Part shown: piece by piece, positions 14,505 to 27,673 of the stretch | How the letters are laid out: every line of letters starts with the position of its first letter | Position numbering within the stretch: the first letter of the stretch is position 1 | Source: Octopus sinensis | Lineage: Eukaryota | Length of the DNA: 64,000 nucleotides | Assembly: GCF_006345805.1 (NCBI RefSeq) | Contig: NC_042997.1 | Location: 116,808,001 to 116,872,000 of the forward strand | Direction: 5' to 3' | Program-made: the position numbers and the translations under genes | The notes under the pieces: generated by a model | Database searches by the model: none | Told to the model about the DNA's origin: nothing | Seen by the model: only the letters and a program-made list of their open reading frames with translations

Positions 14505-14823
14505 TGGGACCCACTTCGGTCATGATTGCACCTAGAAAGTTACCCTCCCAGGCACAAGTCCGGGCAAGGTTGTTTATGGAAGACCAGCAGTCACTCATGA
14601 ATACCGGCCTCCCCTCTCCACGCTACCAGTGTTATCCAAGGCAAAGGCCGAGACAGCTTGGCACCAGTGACGTAGCTAACTCATTTCTACAGCTGAGTGA
14701 ACTGGAGCAACGTGAAATAAAGTGTCTTGCTCAAGAACACGACACGCAGCCCGATCCGGGATTCGAACTCACAACCTCACGATTGTAAGCTCGACGCTCT
14801 AACCACTGAGCCATGCACCTTCA
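14505..14823 (-). mobile_element. tRNA-derived SINE with CORE-like central segment
   Basis: Reverse complement reads ggtgcatggctcagtggttagagcg..gagttcgaatcc, then cttgagcaagacactttatttcacgttgctccagttcactcagctgtagaaatgag. aatttcact repeated at both flanks. Confidence 0.8.
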
Positions 14824-15724
14824 CCTAATTTCACTAGTAGCTATAAAAAACTACATTTTACCACGAACAAGCACTTCCTAATAGCAATGTAAAATTTTTA
14901 ACCATTCGAGGATCCTGCTCGCGCGCGCACACACACAAGCTAGTTTCCCTGTATAACTGGATCGGATCATTTTATAGCTGGATTTATATTAGTCAACAGT
15001 TTACTTCACACTTATACTTTTATGTATAATCGGTCGGTACACACCTTATATATAGTGGGAAGTGACTTCGTCTTAGTGCCGAAGCATAAGATCGTTTCAG
15101 TTTCATAATACCAACGGTAAACTGTTCCTATAAATGGTAATATTATCTTGACAGCAAGCAATTTGCTTGACATCTCCAAAACGTGGCTGGTCCACATTGA
15201 TCACAAACTTCGTGTTTGAAGGTTAAGTGTCCGAATAATCACCTGTTCTGTGGACAAGTAGTAGATGAAATATGATCGGCAAAAGTATTAATTTTATAAT
15301 TTAGTTCATCATTAAATTGTAATTTGGTTCCAAAAGCGATTGCTATAATTATTTAACGCTATCACTGTAACTGATACATTTACTCGAACACAAAATTCTG
15401 ATGCTGTTAGGAGTGGTTAAAACAGTAGAGTACTTGGTGGTATTTAGTTAACTCTCACAGTTTTGAGTTCGAAGCCTGCAGAATTTTTAGAATTAGTATC
15501 AATTGTCTTTTGAGATTTATTCAATTCAAAATACCCTTTCCTCCCAATGTTTGGGCCTTGTATAAAATTTAGAGATGTATATCGTATTTATACATGTATA
15601 AACCGCACTATTTTATAGTTTAACTGAAAACAAAATTGATTGTGACTCATAAATGGGACGGAAAGGAAAATTTACCAAAAATTAACACGAATTAATGATA
15701 CGACTTACGCACGAGTAAATTCTG

Positions 15725-16262
15725 TAATATATCCCCACCCCGCCCTCTGCCTAACCACATACCCCAACTCCACCCCAACCCTCAGCCTAACCCACACCCC
15801 ACCCGTGCTTTCCCCATTCTCGCCTCCCCCACCTCCTAACAACATCATATCACACCATACAACACTACACATCATATCACAACACACCACCCACACACCA
15901 GCACTGACCAATTCCCTTCCCCACATTTCCACACCTACACATACATACACGCACACGTCCAGACCACCAGCCCTCTTTCACACGTACTCTCTTACACACG
16001 TAAGCACCTTCGTTGTGGGCGTCCCCCTACTTCTTCGCTCTCCTGTGTGACCCTTCTGTCCGGCAGTCGCCATGATAGATCAGTAGCCACTATACACATT
16101 TTTTTTTCTCTCCTTGTTTTTTTTCTGTGTCCCTTTCTGTAGAAGAGCGGAGGCTCGAAACGTAAGACTTTTCTATTCCTGAGCGTTATACTAATACATC
16201 TGTTTGTTTTGTACACCACCTGTCTTTGTCTTTTGTGTTTTTCGTGAACTCTCTCCGATATA
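15725..16262 (+). mobile_element. Solo PLE pseudo-LTR related to the 22878-28269 element, ending in (TA)n
   Basis: C/CA-rich 5' part, then ttctctcctt..ctttctgtagaagagcggaggctcgaaacgtaagac..cctgagcg..ctaatac..ccacctg..gtcttttg. Confidence 0.8.
16132..16168 (+). ncRNA. Minimal hammerhead ribozyme motif (A6U variant)
   Basis: cttt-CTGTAGA-A-GAGC-GGAG-GCTC-GAAACGTA-agac. Confidence 0.7.
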
Positions 16263-16646
16263 TATGTATGTATATAATTAAAGAAAATAGGGCTTAAATA
16301 AAATACAGAGGAATATCTCTTTAAGGGTTCTTTGCAAATCGGATTCGTTTAACTAAATTGTCCAGTAAAAATTGCGACTGCAGTAATTCATATTTTGTTG
16401 TTCACTTCCTGTGATGTCCAGTTTGTAAAGCCGAGGGTCGAAGACCAGATAATTCGATGTATTAATCACAAAATGTATCAGAAAAATACAAAGAATGATT
16501 TATGCCTGTGTATGTGTTTTCATGCGTGAGTATATGCTGAAGGTGCTTAGGATTTGATTTAATGATATATTTTTTGTTGAAGGTATTCTTGCTAGGAGGA
16601 AGGTGTACTGGTCAATTATTACATCATTCATGTGGATGTAAATAGC

Positions 16647-16880
16647 TATTTCTTTACTACCCACAAGGGGCTAAACACAGAGGGGACAAACAAGGACACA
16701 CAGACGGATTAAGTTGATTACATCGACCCCAGTGAGTAACTGGTACTTAATTTATCGACCCCGAAAGGATGAAAGGCAAAGTCGACCTCGGCGGTATTTG
16801 AACTCAGAACGTAACGGCAGACGAAATACGGCTACGCATTTCGCCCGGCGTGCTAACGTTTCTGCCAGCTCGCCGCCTTC
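16647..16880 (-). mobile_element. Full-length Nin-type SINE
   Basis: Family match. 16-bp TSD tgtggatgtaaatagc at 16631-16646 and 16881-16896. Confidence 0.92.
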
Positions 16881-17692
16881 TGTGGATGTAAATAGCATTG
16901 AAGAACGCTTTATTTCGGTAAAGTTGGCTACAGTCAATACAACAAAATCTTATGTAAAATTTTTTTTAAAAAACTCCCAAAACTAAAAAAGTTGTTTATG
17001 AGGTTTTCATGCATTAGAAAGATGGCTTAATATTCTTTACAATTGAAACCATTCACTTAGAATCCACGAAAAGTCTTTCAATGACCCCCACCTAGACGAA
17101 TATTAAAACAATTTCCTGTTTTCCAACCAGATAATACGCTTTTTGCCATTATTTTCCGTTAATAACAGTGTGACCCTATGGTGATTCTCTTTATTAACCT
17201 CACTGATAATGAGAAAACATAGTTTGTAATATTAATTATATAACCATATTTAATTGAATGTCTTGCTAACTGAATATAGTGTTTAATGTGAGAAATGAAA
17301 TAACAGCTTATGCAATTATATTAGGGAGAGCGATACGAATTGCATAATGCATCTTCAAGCGAATTCCCTGATCAATATTTATTGTCCTTCTGTAAAATAG
17401 CTAGTTGGAATTTTTTTAATTCTGTGCAAACACGATGAACGAAGTATCATGAATTTCGACTATTTAGGACTAATCACCCATTTGTTTATGTCACACCAAT
17501 GCTAAACAGGTACTCTAACAAAGAATTAGCATAAAGGCCAGGGTTAGGGTAACAGAGAAGGAGGTTGAGAAACTATACAAATTGCGCGCTAGATATTTCT
17601 CACCTAATACGGGTACAATACCAATAAATCTCTTTAGAATTCGTATTCAATACAATCACCGTGTTCAATGCTTCTGATCTCGATTTTCAAGT

Positions 17693-18405
17693 ATTCTTTT
17701 ACTTGATTCAGTCATTTACTGGCCATGCTGGAGCACCGCCTTTAGTCGAGCAAATCGACTCCAGGACATTCTTTGTAAGCCTAGTACTTATTCTATCGGT
17801 CTCTTCTGTCGAACCGCTAAGTTACGGGAACGTAAACACACCAGCATCGGTTGTCAAGCGATGTTGGGGGGAAGGGACACACACACACACACATACATAC
17901 ATACATATATACATATACATAAATACGACAGGCTTCTTTCAGTTTCCGTCTCCCAATTCCACTCACAAGGCTTTCGTCGGCCCAAGGCTATAGTAGAAAC
18001 ACTTGCCCAAGGTGCTACGCAATGGAACTGAACCCGGAACCATGTGGTTCGTAAGCAATCTACTTAACACACAGCCACTCCTGCGCCTATTCTTTAACTT
18101 GTTTCAGTCATTTGACTGCGGACATGCTGGAACACCACATTTAGTCGAACAAATCGACCCCAGGACTTATTCCATTGGTCTCTTCTGCTGAACCGCTAAT
18201 TACGAGGTCAAAAACACACCAACATCGGTTGTCAAACGATGGTGGGGGACAAACATACAAATACATACATATATACAAATATATATATGACGGGTTTCTT
18301 TTAGTTTCCGTCTACCAAAACCACTCACAAGGCTTTGGTCGGCCCGATGCTATAGTAGAAGACAATTGCCCAAGGTGCCACGCAGTGGAACTGAACCCGG
18401 AACCG
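17693..18405 (-). mobile_element. Two tandem copies of a tRNA-headed CORE-like SINE with internal (CA)/(TA) tract
   Basis: Reverse complement: aggcgcaggagtggctgtgt..ggttcagttcca..ccttgggcaagtgt..ggcggtgctccagcatggcc..gactgaaacaag. The second copy is head-truncated. Confidence 0.88.
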
Positions 18406-18742
18406 ATCTAGGCATTCTTACTATCTAGAAACGTTCTTTGTTCTCTCAAATATTTTTCATCATGGATGACAAGTGCAGACCAATATTTAAATGTTCGATA
18501 AATGATAAATAGGTGAATAGGGATAAATGATCAAGTACAATTAACTATTGTTTCTAATTTATACACAAGGCCAGCAGGTTTGAGGGTAGTCGTTGACACT
18601 ATTTTATCGACCCAGAAGAGATGAAAAACGAGATTGAAGTCGGTGAGATTTGAATCCAAGATATAAATATGATTCTGTAAGCTAATTTTTTTCGATGCTC
18701 TAACAATTCTACCGATCTCCTGCCATGACATTCACATTTAAT

Positions 18743-18957
18743 AACCCTTTCTACTATAGGCACAAGGCATGAAACATTGGTAGAGGAGACTAGTCGATTA
18801 CATCGACCTCAGCCGTAATTGGTACTCATTTCATCGACCCCGAAAGGAGGAAAGGCAAAATCGACCTCGGCGGAATTTGAACTCAGAACGTAAAGACGGA
18901 CGAAATGCCGTTAAGCATATTGCCCGGCGTGCTAACGATTCTGCTAGCTCACCGCTT
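18743..18957 (-). mobile_element. Nin-type SINE; a more decayed copy adjoins at ~18550-18725
   Basis: Family match. cacatttaataa flanks both sides. Confidence 0.85.
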
Positions 18958-19292
18958 TACAATCACATTTAATAATAATGTTTTATCAAAGTTACTATAG
19001 CACTTTGAAAGTAGCACAATAGCTTAGTAATTTGATTTCAAGGAAAGATGAATGAAGCTTCTCTGACCAAGCGTATCAGGACAATTACACCCTCGAGGAC
19101 AATTATTCTCCATAGAACAATTCCCTGCCCCCTAGGAAAGTCACCCCACCTCCTAGTTAATCACCCCTCTCCAATATATTAAGAAGTTTAAAATCCTGAT
19201 CTGTTGTCCTTGTGGGGTAAAAGTCTTACACTCTTGTCCAAGAGATCAACGGTGAATATTCAAGATCAATAGTCAAACTTTTACTTTTCTAC

Positions 19293-19707
<415 letters not shown>

Positions 19708-19760
19708 AACTTATAGGTAAATCAAAATGATTTATCAATATTATCAAACATACTACAAGA

Positions 19761-20158
19761 TGCTTAGCGGCATTTTGTTCATCTTTGTTTTGAGTTCAAA
19801 TTCCACTGGAGTTGACTTTGCCTTTCATCTTTTCGTAGTTGATAAAACAATTGCTAGTTGAGCACTGAGGTCAATGTAATCGACTTACCTACTCCCCTAA
19901 AATTGCTGACCTTGTGCCAAAATTTGAAATCAGTATTATCATATACCCTAAAGCGGCGTGCTAGCAGCTTTGTTAACGAGCCAGGAAAATGCTTAACCGC
20001 ATTTCTTCTGACTTTTGAGTTCAGATATCGCTGGGATCGACTTTGCTTTTCATCCTTTCGGTGTTGATAATATAAGTACCATTTGAGCACTGGGGTTGAT
20101 GTATTACTTACCTGATTACCTAAAATTGCTGACTTTGTAACAGAATATGAAACCAATA
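19761..20158 (+). mobile_element. Two decayed tandem Nin-type SINEs
   Basis: gagttcaaattcc..gactttgcctttcatc..gagcactg..ccttgtgccaaaatttgaaa occurs twice. Confidence 0.75.
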
Positions 20159-21953
20159 TAAAATACACATTTAGAAATTGCGAAAGAATAGTCTGATATC
20201 TATCATTCAGACCTTACGAATCTTGAAGAAATTTACCTGAAATTTAGTTCCGAAAAGATGGCCAAACACGGTCAGATGACATAAATACCTTTATTGACCA
20301 AATATTTAATTTATTAGTTATGGATTTGCAAGGTATTTTTAATATCTTCATGAACAACACAATGATTTTTTTTCAATTTCAGTAGTTCAAAATATAGATT
20401 TTTTTTCAATTTCAGTAGTTCAAAATATAGAATGTCTCACCCCTATTTAGCTCAGTCATAAAACCTGGAAATAAGCTCTTAAGAATATTATTTTAGAGAT
20501 AGGATTGCAGTACTCGAAGCAAATGCAGCAGCTTAGCGTAAAATCCGATCTTAAGTTAAAGTCTCTTTCACAAACAGATAGCAAACCGTTAACTATGTTC
20601 AAACATTTGAAAGCAATTTTAATATCGCCTAATAAAGCAGGCAATTTGTATATCAAACTTTATCAAACTCCTTCAAAAGATTTGTCAAAATATAAAGTAA
20701 TGAGCCGTTTTGTCTTTCGTAATTTTCTTAATGCATTGTAATATCTTATATATCATAAGTTATATTCTAGAAAACACCACTGCATCATTCTTTGGATTCT
20801 AAGTGAATAGGTTTTGAATTTGTTTCAGTTTAATTTCATCGACCGTTCATATCCTATAACCCACTTTAATGTCTAATTCTATTCTCTCATGATGTGTTTC
20901 TACATTTAATGAATTCTAAATGTTCTCCAACATTTGTCATCTTATTACTCGCATCACATTCTTAATATTTACAGATATTTTAAAATAAAATAATCATATT
21001 TCTCTCCTTTGCAATTTCATACTGTTTGATTTCTGTCTTGATGTTTACAATTTTCGGAAAAATAACTTGTTTAGAATGTACAATAGTTTTGGAATATTCC
21101 TATAAGTGAAAGATTTAATAAAAGCCCTGTTTATAATTCAATACTTTGATGTGTTTTATCTTTTTGGTTTTCACGATTATTTTGTAAGTCTGTCAAATAC
21201 ATTTACATACAATCAGAGATAACTGCCTGTAAAGGAACACCCACAGCTAGACTGCTGTACTAAAACGAAGATAAATATATGAACACACCGACACACACAT
21301 GTACACAAGCATGTTATGTAACCAAAATACAATGAGCAAACAACAAATTAAATGTGATATAGAAAACGAACATAAAAGGTAGAAAAACAATTTGAAAGTA
21401 GCGCTTACCATTTTATTATTATTCCTTTAGCTTTCTAAGTACAAAACCTTTATTATTGTTAGCCATTTCAGAAAAAGATAAGATTTACGATGGATTTACT
21501 GTGCTTGTGTCTTTTGTTCTTTGACAAACGTGATATTAAACTTTCTTTATCTTATGCATAAAACAGCGCCGAGGTAAGAAAACCAGTTTCCCTTCAGAAT
21601 AGATAAGCCGTTTCTTGACTATTAACCAGTCTCTGTAGGATTTCTTTAGTCAAAGTTCGTTGAGCAGCACGTTTTCATAGACAGATTCAGTTAAATCATA
21701 TGAATACTTGTAATTTGATTAAACTCTCTTGCTATTTTCCAATAAACTTTTTAAAGTTCGAATAAAATCATAAATTAGTTATCAAATTAAAGTTTCTCAT
21801 TTCATTTACTAATTCTAAGTCCCTCGCATCGTTTAGGTCGAACTAGTTCGCAAGACACTGCCAACAAATATGATACTGAGAAAAGAATTTATTGCTATAT
21901 ATTATGTTCATTCTGTATTTTTGAAACCTTCCATCAGGACGCCACTGATAATA

Positions 21954-22189
21954 CCTATTTCTTTACTACCCACAAGGGGCTAAACACAGAGACGACAAAC
22001 AAGGACAGACAAACGGATTAAGTCGATTATATCGACCCCAGTGCGTAACTGGTACTTATTTAATCGACCCCGAAAGGATGAAAGGCAAAGTCGACTTCGG
22101 GGGAATTTGAACTCAGAACGTAACTGCAGACGGAATACCGCTAAGCATTTCGCCCGGCGTCTTAATGTTTCTGTCAGCTCGCCGCCTTC
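21954..22189 (-). mobile_element. Full-length Nin-type SINE
   Basis: Family match. ctgataatac direct repeat at the flanks. Confidence 0.9.
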
Positions 22190-22842
22190 CCCTGATAATA
22201 CTTATCTTCTTATTCATCTGAGAGTCAACTTTTTCAATAAAAAAAAATGGCAGATGCAGCTCACGCGGTTCTTCATGAATAACATAATGGAGATTTCTTT
22301 TCAAACTCGATTACTCTACTTTGCCATAATTTTATTTATCTCCTTAAACAATGTTGGTGGATTAGTTTAATGGGCAGATGTATTTTATGTATTTTTCTTC
22401 CGGGTTTCTTTCTTATAAGCTCAAACTAGAAACCCTAATGACATGTTGAAATTGATCTTTGTAAAATAGTGAGGATTAAATTGCAGATAGTGATTTTAAC
22501 ATTAACGATGTCTTATGATTTCATGTATACAGATGTCTGCAATACTTTACAGAATTATGTGAAATGTTTTTCTCCCCTTTTCCTTGTGAGATTGTCCAAT
22601 CTTTGCCACTGAATTGCTAAGTTTATATATATACACACGCACGCACACACACGAGTATTCTTTTTTTTGTACACATTTGGCAACCCTGGTCGCCTACCGT
22701 GGAATATAAAAAGAACTTGTTTTCTGCCCATCGTTCTTCAATAAAGAAAAATAACCCGCGACCTTCCGTCTCAATAAACCACTATTGTTCCTGAAGGTTG
22801 TTTTGTTACATTTACTACGGATTGCTCGAAGTTAACTTACTT

Positions 22843-22877
<35 letters not shown>

Positions 22878-22878
<1 letters not shown>

Positions 22879-23769
22879 ACGGGAAGCTTTATGAAAATAA
22901 ACAAAAGACGAAGGCAGGTGGAAGACAAACGAACAATTGTATTAGTATGGCGCTCAGGAAATATAAATAAAACAAGTCTTTAACGTTTCGAGCCTACGCT
23001 CTTCAACAGAAAGATACACAGAGAGAGAAAAACACAGAAAGAAGGAGAGAAAAAAAATGCGTGCAGTAGCTAACGAATCAACATGGCGATCTGATTTCGG
23101 CCAGAGGTCAAAGATCAAACATGAGACGCGAGAGCGAAATAAGGGGAGATAATAGGGTTGATAAAAGGGTTGAGTGACCAGCTAAAAGTGCGTGGGAGGG
23201 GTCTGGATGTGTGTATGTATAGGGTTGGTGTATGTATTAGTATGTATATGGGTGTGTGTGTGTGTGTGTGTGTGTATGAGAGAGTATTAGTGCGTAAGAT
23301 TGGTCTGGACGTGCGTATGTATGGGGTTGGTGTATGTATTAGTATGTACTAGTATGTATTAGTACGTATTAGTATGTATTAGTTGGTGTGTGTATTAGTA
23401 TGGCACATCATATGTGATGTGATGTGTAAAGTCATGTGGTGTAGTGAGGAGAAGAGGGGAGGGGGAGAAGAGGGGGAGAGAAGGGGAGGGGAAGAAGAGG
23501 GGGAGGAGAAGGGGAAGAGGAGACGATGGGGGAGAAGGAAGGTGAGGAGGGAGATGAAGGAGGAGGAAAGAGGGGAGAGGGGAGAGAGAGAGAGAAGGGG
23601 AGAGAGGGAGTGAGGGAGCAGAGGGAAGGGAAAGAGGGAGGGAGAAAGAGGGAAGAAGGGAAGGGGAGTAGGGGTGAAAGGATGAAGGACTGAAGAAGTA
23701 GGGGTCGGGGGGAGAAAGGATAGGTGAGGAGGGGGGAGAGGGGGGTTAGATGAGGAGGGGGGGAGAGTT
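22878..23769 (-). repeat. 3' pseudo-LTR
   Basis: Direct repeat of 27270-28269, offset 4392 at the left edge. Includes the ORF stop and a long GA-rich tract. Confidence 0.95.
22977..23014 (-). ncRNA. Minimal type-I hammerhead ribozyme in the 3' pLTR
   Basis: Reverse complement TCTTT-CTGTTGA-A-GAGC-GTAG-GCTC-GAA-ACGT-T-AAAGA: 5-bp stem I, 4-bp stem II, palindromic ACGT stem III. Confidence 0.8.
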
Positions 23770-26646
23770 GAGACCAAATGGCGTATAAGAGCGAAGAGAG
23801 AAGATTAATTCCTGTTCACGGCGCAAACGGGAATCCGGATGGCCTCTGTGTAAGGACAAACCGAACACAGATAGGTGTTGCAAGGAGTGACCGGTGGAGC
23901 GGAAATGGCGTGAGACCGGTGTGTCGTTCGCAAGGTGGATGTCACGAAGGTGTTCCGCGAACCGGTCAGCCAAGCGGCGTCCCGTTTGTCCGATGTACAA
24001 GGAATTGCAGAGAGAGCAAGAGATGCAATAGATAATATTGCTGGAGGTGCAGGTGAAGGAGTGGATGATGGGATAGGGTCGATGGTGGGTGCTAGTGAGG
24101 CGGGTGGTGTTGGAGAGGTAAGGGCAAGTGCGGCAACGTGGGCGGGAGCAGGGGAACGAGCGGGGTTGGGAGGTAGGGTCAGGGAAGGAGCTATGGACCA
24201 AAAGGTCTCGAAGGTTGTGGGCTCGTTTGAAAGAGGGGAGAGGTCGGTTAGGGAAGAGGTGTGAAGTGGACGGGTCGGACTGGAGATGACGGAAAGCTCG
24301 AAGAATGGTGCGTTGGAGACGTAGGGTCGTGGGGTGGTAAGTGAGGGGAAAAGGGAGGCGGGAGACTACAGGGCGGGTTCGGGGAGAGAGAGCAGATACA
24401 CGGTCCACGGACCGTGCTCTGGCAAGGGCGGTGTGGATAGTGGTGAGGGGGTATCCACGTAGGGTGAAGTGGTGAGCCATACGTTGAGACTGAGTCTCAA
24501 AGTCATGGTCGTCACTACAGAGCCTACGTAGACGGAGGAATTGGGAATAGGGGATGGAAAGCTTGGTGTGTTCTGGGTGGGAGGAAGAGAAGTTGAGGTA
24601 TGAGTGTGAGTCTGTGTGTTTGTAGTGAATGGAGGTGGTAAGAGTGGAGTGAAGAATGCTAACCGAAATGTCGAGGAAGGAGACAGAGGTGTTGGAGATA
24701 GTGGAAGTGAAGTGGAGGGCTGGATGGAAAGATTGGACGAAAGAGAGGAAGGAATCTAGATGTTCGCTGGAGAGTGAGGTGGCACCGATAATGTCGTCAA
24801 TATAACGACCATATAGTTCAGGAGTGGGACCAGTGAAATTAGAGAATATTTGGGCCTCAACATAGCCAACGAACAGGTTCGCATAGTTGGGGCCCATTCG
24901 CGTTCCCATGGCCACTCCCGAGACCTGATGGTAGAACTCGCCCGCGAACGAGAAGCAGTTCAGAGTAAGGACAAGTTCGGCCAGACGAATGAGTGTGGAG
25001 GTGTCAGGTACAGGGTTAGAGCGGAGGTCAAGAAAGTGTCGAAGGGCCTGCAGTCCTTCGTGGTGAGGGATAACAGTATAGAGGCTTTGGATGTCCATAG
25101 TAAAAAGGATTTTGGAGGAGCCGGGAGGAAAGGAGAAAGAGTTGAAAAGCCGGAGAGCATGGTTGGTATCGTGGATGTGGGAGGGAAGAGATGCACTAGG
25201 GGGGCAAGGACACGGTCGAGGTATTTAGAGATGAGCTCCGTGGGGCAGTTACAGGCAGAGACGATGGGGCGGCCAGGGTTGTTGGGTTTGTGGATTTTGG
25301 GGAGGAAGTAAATGGTGGGGGTACGTGGGGTTCGCACAATTAGGTTGGATGCGGTGCGGGGGAGACGGGAGGACGAGATGAGGTCTTGGACAGTAGAGGA
25401 TACCGTCTGTTGGTAGCTAGTGGGGTTAGAGGGAAGAGGGGAATAGAAGGAGGTGTCATTGAGTTGGCGGAAAGCCTCGGCCCTATAGAGGTCCGCGCGC
25501 CACACCACTACAGCTCCACCCTTGTCAGCCGGTTTGATGATAATGTCAGCGCGCCGTTGGAGGGAACGAAGAGCCAAGAGCTCAGCCGGGGAGATGTTGA
25601 GGCGGCGTTGGCGCCTGGAGAAGTTGAACCGCTCCAATGCACGCTGACAAGCGCCCGCGAAAAGATCCACTGCTAGGATCTGGCCAGGGGCAGGCGTCCA
25701 CGGGGATGGTCGGCGGCCCAGGCCAGTGAAGCAGTCGTCCTCTTCGTGGGGTGTGGGTGGCGAGTCGTGGTAATGCGCACCCAACCGGACACGGCGCACA
25801 AAGCTGTGGACATCAACTCGCGTCTGGAATTCCTTACAGGATGGAGTGAGGGGGATGAAACGCAGACCCCTACCAAGGACGGAGCGTTCAGCTGCAGAGA
25901 GGGGAAGATCGGGGGGAATGGTAACAACAGACGGAAGTGGAGAAGGGGTGGGTGGAATAGAAGTAGGAGGGGTGGTAGGTCTCGTGGAGGTCTGAGGGGG
26001 AGGGATTGGGGAGGTGGGTGGGGTGGTTGGGCGGGGCAGTAGGGTTAGGTGTAGGTGGATGGAGCCTAACGGGAGGGGAGAAGGGGTTGTAGGAGGGGCA
26101 GTGGGGTTAGGTGTGGGTGGATGGAGCCTATCGGGAGGGAGAAGGGTGGTGGAGGAGTTGGGGTAGTGGCGTCGGGTAGGGTGGAATGGAAGAGTGATTG
26201 GAGTTTACGAAGTTTGGTATCAGAAAGAAATTGATGGAAGAGTTGATTCAAATGGATAATGAAGCGTAGCGTGTTGGAGCATAGAGAGGCGGCAGAGAGG
26301 AGAAGAAGGTGGAGAAAGCAGGAGGAAGAAGGCGGTTGATGGCATGTAGTTTGGAGAGATTGGAGCGAATGGTGGCCCGCATAAGGCGGTAAGATGTGGT
26401 GCGGAGTATGGGTAAGATGGAAGAATCCGAGTGGAGAGCAGGGTGGAAGTGGAGGCGGAAACCTTTAGGGATGAGTCGGTGATGTAGGCAGCGGCTTAGG
26501 AAAGAGACATGGCTAGAGAAGCGGGTTTTTTTAAAAAGAAGTAGAGAGAGATTAACGGACGGCTGAAGGCAATATACAGGAAGCGAACGTAGATGATCCT
26601 TCAAACGGTGATGGAGGGTGAGGAGGTAGGACCTAGGATCCGGCAT
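23746..26646 (-). pseudogene. PLE polyprotein (N-terminal domain, reverse transcriptase, Cys linker, GIY-YIG endonuclease) with about 3 frameshifts
   Basis: Motifs in order: HVSFLSRCLHHRLIPKGFRL; AERSVLGRGLRFIP; IKPADKGGAVVVW; YFLPKIHKPNNPGRPIVS; MDIQSLYT; GVAMGTRMGPNYANLF; RYIDD; FLD; CSRPRCRTC; NIIYCISC..LYIGQTGRRLADRFAEH..GLN. Frame changes near 26283, 26070 and 25195. Confidence 0.92.
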
Positions 26647-27269
26647 GATGGGATAGCGGAAAAAAAACGTTCGAAAAAACAAAAAAAAAACAAAAAACAA
26701 AAATTATCGTATGAAAAAAATAGAAAAAAAGGATAGCGAAAAAAGGGGAAAAAACAAACGTTCAAAAAAACAAAAAATAATAATCGTATGAAAAAACTAG
26801 ATAAGTAAGCGATAGGGGCAGAAAAGACGGGGCAAACGGAAAAGGGAAAGAAAGAAGGGAAGCGAGAGAGGGGGAGGCAAAAAAAAGGGGGGTGCAGGCA
26901 GAGGAAACGGAGTATGGACATCCAGAGAGGGAAGAAAGACGGAAAGGAGAACAAAAATTCAGGAAAATGTGGGAAGCATGAAATGAATGTAAAAAAAGTG
27001 GTAATATAAGAGAAAATAAAAATACAACAAACGGGACAGTTTATGCGAACAAGTTCAAGGTTGAAAGTTCAAGGTGAGAAATGTGTAGACGTCGTGGTAT
27101 ATTTTTTAAGGATTTCACATCAATGCAAAGTCACTTTGCTCCGCGAAAGAGAGGTGCAGCCAATGGTAAGTATCCAAGAGGTAAAGAAAATCCAAGGTAG
27201 AGGTAAGTGTTGATAGTGGTATTGGTAGAATATAGGATGAAAGTGAGACCACGTGAGCGCATAATATAT

Positions 27270-27642
27270 AACGGGAAGCTTTATGAAAATAAACAAAAGA
27301 CGAAGGCAGGTGGAAGACAAACGAACAATTGTATTAGTATGGCGCTCAGGAAATATAAATAAAACAAGTCTTTAACGTTTCGAGCCTACGCTCTTCAACA
27401 GAAAGATACACAGAGAGAGAAAAACACAGAAAGAAGGAGAGAAAAAAAATGCGTGCAGTAGCTAACGAATCAACATGGCGATCTGATTTCGGCCAGAGGT
27501 CAAAGATCAAACATGAGACGCGAGAGCGAAATAAGGGGAGATATATAGGGTTGATAAAAGGTTGAGTGACCAGCTAAAAGTGCGTGGGAGGGGTCTGGAT
27601 GTGTGTATGTATAGGGTTGGTGTATGTATTAGTATGTATACG

Positions 27643-27673
<31 letters not shown>

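Noticed and set aside
23778-26042. Plus-strand ORFs overlapping the PLE
   Set aside because: Antisense shadows of a GC-rich coding region, with no recognisable motifs.
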